From positions 39,348 to 103,347 of the forward strand of contig DUZG01000002.1 in the NCBI GenBank assembly GCA_013349585.1: 64,000 nucleotides of DNA. Direction: 5' to 3'. This DNA is from Nitrospinota bacterium (GTDB lineage Bacteria > Nitrospinota > Nitrospinia > Nitrospinales > VA-1). The notes beneath the pieces were generated by a model. That model saw nothing but the letters and a program-made list of their open reading frames with translations. It had not been told where the DNA came from and ran no database searches. The position numbers and the translations under genes are program-made. Positions 58,076 to 64,000 of the stretch are shown here, in pieces. Position 1 is the first letter of the stretch; the number at the start of each line of letters is the position of its first letter.

Positions 58076-58256
58076 CTATACAAACTCTAATCCTACAACA
58101 TATTAAGAATTTCAAATCTCTGTGTAATCTTGCCCGGAAAAGTAAAGATATTTATGGATTCAACCATAGCCCTACAAATCCTACCTTCTGGTAAAACACC
58201 AATTAAATATGAACCTTAGGACGTATCTGGAATCATTGAGGAATTAAGCCCCATAT

Positions 58257-58378
58257 ACTTAAAATCCCTCGAGGTTAACCTTGTACCGGTTCGATTCTGG
58301 TCCTCGGGATTAAATAAAGTAAGGAGTTATGGAAAATTCGCCATAACTCCTTTTTCTTTTGAATAGAGAACTGTGTAA
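58257..58378 (+). repeat. Partial duplicate of tRNA-Leu (anticodon loop to 3' end) plus its downstream terminator region
   Basis: Aligns with 55752..55875 at roughly 90% identity. Mismatches in the T stem and acceptor make it non-functional. It contains a perfect hairpin AGGAGTTATGG/CCATAACTCCT followed by a T-run. Confidence 0.85.
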
Positions 58379-58393
58379 TAGAATCTGCAAAAC

Positions 58394-60391
58394 TTAGGGA
58401 GCACTAGGGCCACTTACGGGGTTAGCACCAGAAAAGGTGGGTGCCGCCGCCGAATCATGCATATCACCGATAAACTCCATGGCGAAACCCGAGTTACTCT
58501 GCTCTACAACTATTGCACCCCAGAAGGAAAGCATCGTTGCGTCTCTATATCCATGCCCAACCCCCGTCCCCGTAGATGTTGTTGGAGAAGTTGCAAGAGA
58601 AAAAGCACCTAAATGACCGTGTTCGAAGTCTGACGCTCCGGTTATGAAATGAGCGGATGGGATACTACCTGAGTTAATAGAGGGATGACCTGCTCTCACT
58701 ATAAAAAGCCTGGTAATTGCTAATGCATCTACTGTAAAAGATGTAGAGGAACCAAATAATGTCCCATCATTTTTTATACTTTCAATGGTGACACCTATCT
58801 GTGAGGCCATGCCTGAAAGCGAGGGATGACTCACAGCAACAAAGGAATAAGACCCCGAGTCAGATTGCCAATAGGGGGAAAGCACTCTCTCTGAGTTGGG
58901 ATATAAACCTGAGAAATTGAGAGGTCTCGTGGAAGCGTCAATGGATTCTCTGAAATTAGAGATTGTGAGAGCTGTATTTTGGAATGTGAGGCGATTATCT
59001 GCAGCCTGCAAACTGCCCCCTACAACCCCGGTTGGAGCCCCACCAAAAAGCACATTAGGGTTTGAAAAATGCTGAATTCGGGCATAGCTGCCCGTGCCCA
59101 TTATGGTCTTAAAATTATTTACGGTGTCAACATAGCCATGGTTATAATTGAAAGGAGCCCCATCTGTATTATCGTTGGCACGATCGTGGCGTGCTGACAT
59201 GTTGTGACCGATCTCATGCCCGAATGTGTAGTTACCTGTGGCGCAACTAGTTTGAGTCACAGAATAACCAAAAGGTGCAAAAGACGCAGCTACAGGGGTC
59301 ATAAAATATCCTAAACCACATAAACTATTGTCCCCTTTCACTAACATGACTACGAGATCTGCTCCAGTTGAATTTCGAAGAGAGTGAACACCAGGAATAG
59401 ATCCCTCTTTCGCGGATTTTAAAAATGCAGAAAAACATGTTGAAACTCCTGCGCCGCAAACGAAGCCGCTCTCTGAAAAACTTGTTTCCTGTCTACCGAC
59501 AATTCGGATGCTATGGCTCACACCGCTGTTACGGTAAGCCGCGTTGGTTTCTGATGTAGCCAAGTCAATGAGACTTCTTATAGCAGTGGTGCCTCCCGCT
59601 GCAGCTCGGGCCTCGGCGGTGTAAACAACCAAAACATCTACAAGGCTTCCATCATCTGCCTGAGTTTGAGGGGTTGAAGAACTTCCATTAAATGAGCTAT
59701 AGCCTGATAAAAGCTGGTTTTGGGAAACAAACTCATCTCCTCCGTTTCGAGCATTACTTCCAGAGATATGCGGGTCTACTTTAGTAGCCGTACCAGAAAT
59801 ATGAGGTTCCACTTGATTCATCATATCTTTTAGCGGGTCAATCGAAGAGGAGGATTTAGGTTTCATATTAGGAATGATCGGTTCACTCGTCGGTGGAAAC
59901 TTAGTTGGGTCAATCTTATAAATCGCATGAGTTTCGTCACTAATATGGCGTATCTGATAGGAAAAATTTGTTTTTGATATGTTTCCGTAAACCTTATTCT
60001 CATTGATGACCAGAACAACCTGGCTCATTGGGATGTCTCTTAGTTGTCCATACCAAGAGTAACTGCCAGACCGGTTCCTCTCTATTTTTTGAATGATGAG
60101 TGTGTACTCCAACCCCTCAAAAACATTCAAAATTAATTGATGTTCCTCATCTGGCTCTACCGTTAAATTTTCTTGGAGTTTATATAAAAGTTCGAAATCT
60201 ATGTTTACTAATCGGGAACGAACAATAAAAGGACTTTGTTGAACCTTAACATCCTCAGTATTTTCTGCAGGGAGAAATAAGTACGGTGAGATTGATTCTG
60301 TAGCATCTGCGGCATTTCCACTAGTTGCGGCCACTAACAGGAAACAACTAAACAAAAGGCACAATTTTCTTAACAAGACTGTAAAATTCAT
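58394..60391 (-). CDS. Secreted metzincin (reprolysin/M12B-like) zinc metalloprotease with a large C-terminal domain
   Basis: Signal peptide from ATG 60391 (MNFTVLLRKLCLLFSCFLLVAATSGNA). Zinc motif HEIGHNMSARHD (HExxHxxxxxHD). About 220 aa of C-terminal region without recognisable motifs. Confidence 0.75.
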   Translation of the reverse strand: MNFTVLLRKLCLLFSCFLLVAATSGNAADATESISPYLFLPAENTEDVKVQQSPFIVRSRLVNIDFELLYKLQENLTVEPDEEHQLILNVFEGLEYTLIIQKIERNRSGSYSWYGQLRDIPMSQVVLVINENKVYGNISKTNFSYQIRHISDETHAIYKIDPTKFPPTSEPIIPNMKPKSSSSIDPLKDMMNQVEPHISGTATKVDPHISGSNARNGGDEFVSQNQLLSGYSSFNGSSSTPQTQADDGSLVDVLVVYTAEARAAAGGTTAIRSLIDLATSETNAAYRNSGVSHSIRIVGRQETSFSESGFVCGAGVSTCFSAFLKSAKEGSIPGVHSLRNSTGADLVVMLVKGDNSLCGLGYFMTPVAASFAPFGYSVTQTSCATGNYTFGHEIGHNMSARHDRANDNTDGAPFNYNHGYVDTVNNFKTIMGTGSYARIQHFSNPNVLFGGAPTGVVGGSLQAADNRLTFQNTALTISNFRESIDASTRPLNFSGLYPNSERVLSPYWQSDSGSYSFVAVSHPSLSGMASQIGVTIESIKNDGTLFGSSTSFTVDALAITRLFIVRAGHPSINSGSIPSAHFITGASDFEHGHLGAFSLATSPTTSTGTGVGHGYRDATMLSFWGAIVVEQSNSGFAMEFIGDMHDSAAAPTFSGANPVSGPSAP

Positions 60392-60560
60392 TTGTTCTTC
60401 CAATTTCCACCTCATTATTACCAAAAAAAAACAACCACAGGGCTGAGACGCAGACGATAACTAGCAAGGTAAATATCCCGTTCAAGACACTTTATTCTTA
60501 CTGCATCGGAGTTCTTAATGATTATCGGAGTAATTATCTAAAATATTAATAATATTTCGG

Positions 60561-61588
60561 AGTTATAGTCAAATGTGGTGTATGGGATCATGATCAAGCG
60601 GCGTTCCTTTGACGTTCGATTGTTTCCTCATCTATACCATCAATGAGCTTTATGCCATTGATAACATCGGCTAATCGCCTAAATCCTCGTAGTTTTTGCC
60701 AGCCTTTTTCTGCACTCAATCCAATTTTATAAACCATGGTCAGTATGGTTGTTCTACTGACACAGGCACGGGTCTTTTTAGTTCTCAACCAAATCGTAGA
60801 AAAGGTTGATTCGATTGGGTTGGTGGTTCTGATGTGTGGCCAATGATCAGAATGAAGAGGTTAAATGCCTTCTCTGCGTTCTCTCTGGTTTCTGCAATCC
60901 AGATGTCATGGATATATTGTTTTCCTTTGGCCTGATGTGTTTGGGGAACTTGTTGAGGATGTTTGCTGTCTTGTGAACCCAACAACGTTGGCTACGGGTT
61001 TGGCAAAAGACTTTTCCTACTGCCTTCCAGAAACCTAAAACTTCATTACCCACAGCCAGCTTGGGTGACTTAAACCATCGATCTTTGAGATTAATCAATA
61101 CCTCGGAGAGGTCTCTTGTTCACCAATCATCATACTCATTAATCCAACATTGTTTGAGGCGACTGATTGTTCTCGCAGACAAACCTTTTGCATCCTTCCC
61201 TAATAACGCCGCCAGGGCAATACCGTTTCTACGCTCTTTGTACGTTTGATATGCGAAGGTAACAACTCTGATCTCAAATGAATGCCTTGCCCGCCTCGGT
61301 AACGAGCCTTAGGAATCTTCATATCAACAGGGCCTATGCCCGTCATGAGCTCTCTTTCAGGCAAGTAACCGTTACGAACCACCAACGGTCTTCCCTCAGA
61401 ATCTGTCACATCCTGATACTGGGATAGAAACTTCTGAACTGCTTTCTTAATCAACTCTCTAGCCCCTGATCTCAGCAAACTCGTCAATACATCTGCATTC
61501 CCTTCTGGATTCTCAAGGGGAATAATTTTATCATTACTCATGGTGGCGCCTCCTCCTCATTACTCATACACCAGATATCACCATAACC
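60561..61588 (-). mobile_element. Degenerate IS256-family insertion sequence (internally deleted, ~1.03 kb)
   Basis: Imperfect terminal inverted repeats (60561..60586 versus 61563..61588, sharing CATACACCA…) enclose IS256-type transposase fragments. Confidence 0.6.
60594..61541 (-). pseudogene. IS256-family (Mutator-type) transposase, fragmented by deletions and frameshifts
   Basis: The N-terminus …VVRNGYLPERELMTGIGPVDMKIP… is intact. The later blocks …LAVGNEVLGFWKA…QRCWVHKTANILNKFPK… and …HIRTTNPIESTFSTI…SAEKGWQKLRG… sit in different frames. About 130 aa of the DDE core is missing. Confidence 0.8.
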
Positions 61589-62000
61589 ACTTAAAGTCTT
61601 GGTTCAGAAAGTAGGCGCAAAATATTGTTTAGAAAGGCTTCCCCCGCAGAGCCTCTATCGCTATCCAAATACAAATAAACCAGAACACTGACCATCTGAT
61701 TTTCAACTGGAAAAGTTTTAATATTGGCGGTGCTGAGTCAGGAGGTTTTGGACGAAGAAAAAGAAGTTAAGCTCCACAGGTTACAAACTATAACCTCTGA
61801 AACTTTAATTAGTTTATAGTGATCAAGCAGTTGCAAGCGGTATCAAACCTCTGAGTAATTCCTTTACAATATTGCTCCAAATATGAGCGGAAGGAGCTTT
61901 TTAGAGTCTGAATAACTCTGTAGAAAGAAGGGTAAACTTGTTTTAGAAAAAATATTTCCTTAAAAAATGCAGATCTATTTGGATTTATCTCCTAAATTAT

Positions 62001-62051
62001 TTAAAATCCCGCAATAGAAACCACATGCCCGTTCGATTCCGGACTTCGGCA
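62001..62051 (+). repeat. Second, more diverged partial copy of the tRNA-Leu 3' half
   Basis: ttaaaatccc…cccgttcgattccggacttcggca starts at the same anticodon-loop position as the copy at 58257. It shares the T loop and 3' acceptor end, and the variable arm differs. Confidence 0.55.
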
Positions 62052-62174
62052 CTCCCTAACGGGAGAGAAAAATTAGCGAACCCAGTAAAAAAATTTTAAT
62101 TCAAATTGTCAATCTGACAAGCATTGGCCCATTTCCTCTCATGGGAGTGGGTGAATTTCCACCTTACAAAATAA

Positions 62175-62711
62175 GTGAATCACATGATTATAGATGAAAT
62201 ACCAATAGGTGAAGCACCCCCTTGGGACATTAACGTTATCATCGAAGTACCCTGTGGTCGGGAGCCGGTGAAATACGAAATGGATAAAAAGTCCGGCGCA
62301 CTATTTGTGGATCGAGTTATGCATACCTCAATGCGTTATCCCTGTAATTATGGGTTTGTGCCACATACGCTTTCTAAAGATGGTGACCCCATTGATATTC
62401 TAGTGGCCTCCCCTGTCGAGTTTTTGTCCGGCAGTATTGTCCGATCCCGACCTGTCGGGGTTCTAAAAATGAAGGATGAAAAAGGGGAAGATGAAAAAAT
62501 TCTAGCTGTTCCAGTGGATGCCCTAAACCCTTATTATAAAAAAGTAAAACAATATTCCGATTTACCTGAAATCTTATTGGATCAGATTTCTCATTTTTTT
62601 ACTCACTACAAAGATTTAGAGCCAGGAAAATGGGTTGAGCTGGGGGGGTGGAAAGATGCAGAGCACTCAGCCCAGCTTATCCAAGAAGCCATTGAACGAG
62701 CATCTTCTTAA
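62175..62711 (+). CDS. ppa: Inorganic pyrophosphatase (family I)
   Basis: 178-aa ORF. …INVIIEVPCGREPVKYEMDKKSGALFVDR…YGFVPHTLSKDGDPIDILV… ATG 62184 is an alternative start. Confidence 0.9.
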   Translation: MNHMIIDEIPIGEAPPWDINVIIEVPCGREPVKYEMDKKSGALFVDRVMHTSMRYPCNYGFVPHTLSKDGDPIDILVASPVEFLSGSIVRSRPVGVLKMKDEKGEDEKILAVPVDALNPYYKKVKQYSDLPEILLDQISHFFTHYKDLEPGKWVELGGWKDAEHSAQLIQEAIERASS

Positions 62712-62789
62712 TGGCTTCTTTGTGCGGTTCTCTTTTATTTCTACCGAGATCCTAAAATCTTTCGAAAAGAAGAAACCTTATTATTGGTC

Positions 62790-64000
62790 CTATGCTATTA
62801 GTAAACCTTGAGTGAATCGCCATTGCACTGCTTTAGAGAAATCTAGCTGACCAAACTGTTCTTCCAGATTGGCAACGCACTGCATCAACAATTCTCTGAG
62901 CAATTCCCTGTCCAACTCGGTCCAAGCCATGGGGGTATCTAATAAAGCCTGCTCGAAAGATAAAAGTTTGTCTTCATCGCATACCCTGCCTTCATCGCGA
63001 AAGATGCCGGGTAAAAAAACGATATCCAGAAAACTTTTTGCAGCAGAAGAGGCCAGAGGCTCGCATGACAAAGTTTTAAATAATGTATGCCTGGCAAATA
63101 CCGTTGTGACCAGTGTCAACAACTCTAGCTTGCCAGTTTCAGGAAAAGCGAATCCACCCCACTTGGATTGCAATGTTTTTCCATCTAACCCCAGGCTTTG
63201 CTTTGAGAGTCGAATATAAAAGGCCCACCGTTCGAGGAATTTATTTATCATGCGAATGTCATCCAGCGACTCCAAGTCTCGCCAAAGTAAAGGTGCGCCC
63301 TCTTCCCCTTTTTCCACGACTTTGGAAAAAGGCAAAACTAACGCACCCAGTTTTTCTTTATCCCCTGAAGAAATAAGATTTTCTATATAAGCGCCATTTT
63401 CTTTCAGGAACAAACTTGCATTCGATCGAATCTGTTTGAGTTGTTCAAAACCAACTTGGAATAAGGACTGCATCCACAACTGATGCAACAAGCCCGGACC
63501 TTTTTGCGGGTCGCCCGATGCTCCAAGTTCTAAACCGATATTCACATACCCCAGCACTTTCCGCATTGCCTTTTGTCGAGTTTCCTGATGCGAGGGATCG
63601 CATTTATCTGCCACCAACACTTTATTTGCCAGACAAACCAGTTCCCAGCGAATTGTATCCAGTCGGTCGCCAGGTCCCAGGCTTTTCACACATTGACTGA
63701 AAAATAGTGAGGGGTCCGCTTGCGCAAGCGGGTATTGCGGTGAAAACCGGAATCGGCCACCGGGGAAGCTATCCAAAGTGGGCACCTCTTGCTTTAAAGA
63801 CTCTGGGCTCAGACTGCTATAAACCCCCATGGCTTCTTCGAAGTCAGGAATTCCTTTTGCCGCTGTTCTGCTCAACCGCCATTGATAAGATTTTTCTACA
63901 GTGATGGTCAAAGGGTACCAGATGACCGCCTCTAAAAGAGAGTGTAGAATTGGCAAATCTTTTTCAGCTAACAAATGAAATATTTTCTGAAGGACTTTGG
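62790..64000 (-). CDS. Hypothetical protein, 5' end runs off the window
   Basis: The open frame continues without a stop to position 64000. At least 400 aa, helical, no recognisable motif. Confidence 0.55.
   Translation of the reverse strand, partial: KVLQKIFHLLAEKDLPILHSLLEAVIWYPLTITVEKSYQWRLSRTAAKGIPDFEEAMGVYSSLSPESLKQEVPTLDSFPGGRFRFSPQYPLAQADPSLFFSQCVKSLGPGDRLDTIRWELVCLANKVLVADKCDPSHQETRQKAMRKVLGYVNIGLELGASGDPQKGPGLLHQLWMQSLFQVGFEQLKQIRSNASLFLKENGAYIENLISSGDKEKLGALVLPFSKVVEKGEEGAPLLWRDLESLDDIRMINKFLERWAFYIRLSKQSLGLDGKTLQSKWGGFAFPETGKLELLTLVTTVFARHTLFKTLSCEPLASSAAKSFLDIVFLPGIFRDEGRVCDEDKLLSFEQALLDTPMAWTELDRELLRELLMQCVANLEEQFGQLDFSKAVQWRFTQGLLIA

Overview
This 64-kb window is a bacterial chromosomal segment of moderate GC with about 60 protein genes and one tRNA. 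I found no rRNA and no CRISPR array.

Gene content points to a chemolithoautotroph of the reverse-TCA type, Nitrospinota/Nitrospirota/Aquificota-like. This is an inference from gene content only. The relevant genes are:
- a five-subunit Hydrogenobacter-type 2-oxoacid:ferredoxin oxidoreductase operon (5969..10088, minus strand)
- a membrane oxaloacetate decarboxylase Na+ pump (oadA-B-G)
- a periplasmic dihaem cytochrome c fused to an ethylbenzene-dehydrogenase-gamma-like (NxrC-like) haem-b domain
- an orphan nuoB

The housekeeping genes are: orn, purC, purB, rnhA, mltA, pcm, hflKC, trkAH, rlmB, rpsU, acyP, hemY, nfu, rsgA and ppa. Two AsmA/YhdP-like envelope proteins of about 1300 aa each are also present.

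No canonical defence or mobile system is evident. The unusual signals are:
1. Gene decay is dense. About 11 of 60 genes are broken. Seven in-frame TAA codons sit in six otherwise readable genes, and one of them splits the essential oxidoreductase beta subunit. The two 4-kb ORFs remain intact.
2. An intact tRNA-Leu(UAA) is followed by two partial copies of its 3' half. Both begin at the same anticodon-loop position. They bracket small integrase-less segments carrying rsgA, a broken Sel1 lipoprotein gene, a secreted metzincin gene and an IS256 remnant.
3. A 167-bp tandem copy of the 3' end of the cytochrome c/EB_dh gene differs from the original mostly at synonymous sites, so it looks like the remnant of a deleted paralogue.
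4. Interspersed REP/MITE-like GC-rich repeats occur at four sites, and a perfect 14-4-14 palindrome lies in the promoter region of a decayed ric (ytfE-like) gene.

All protein calls come from motif and pattern recognition on the supplied translations. No database search was possible.
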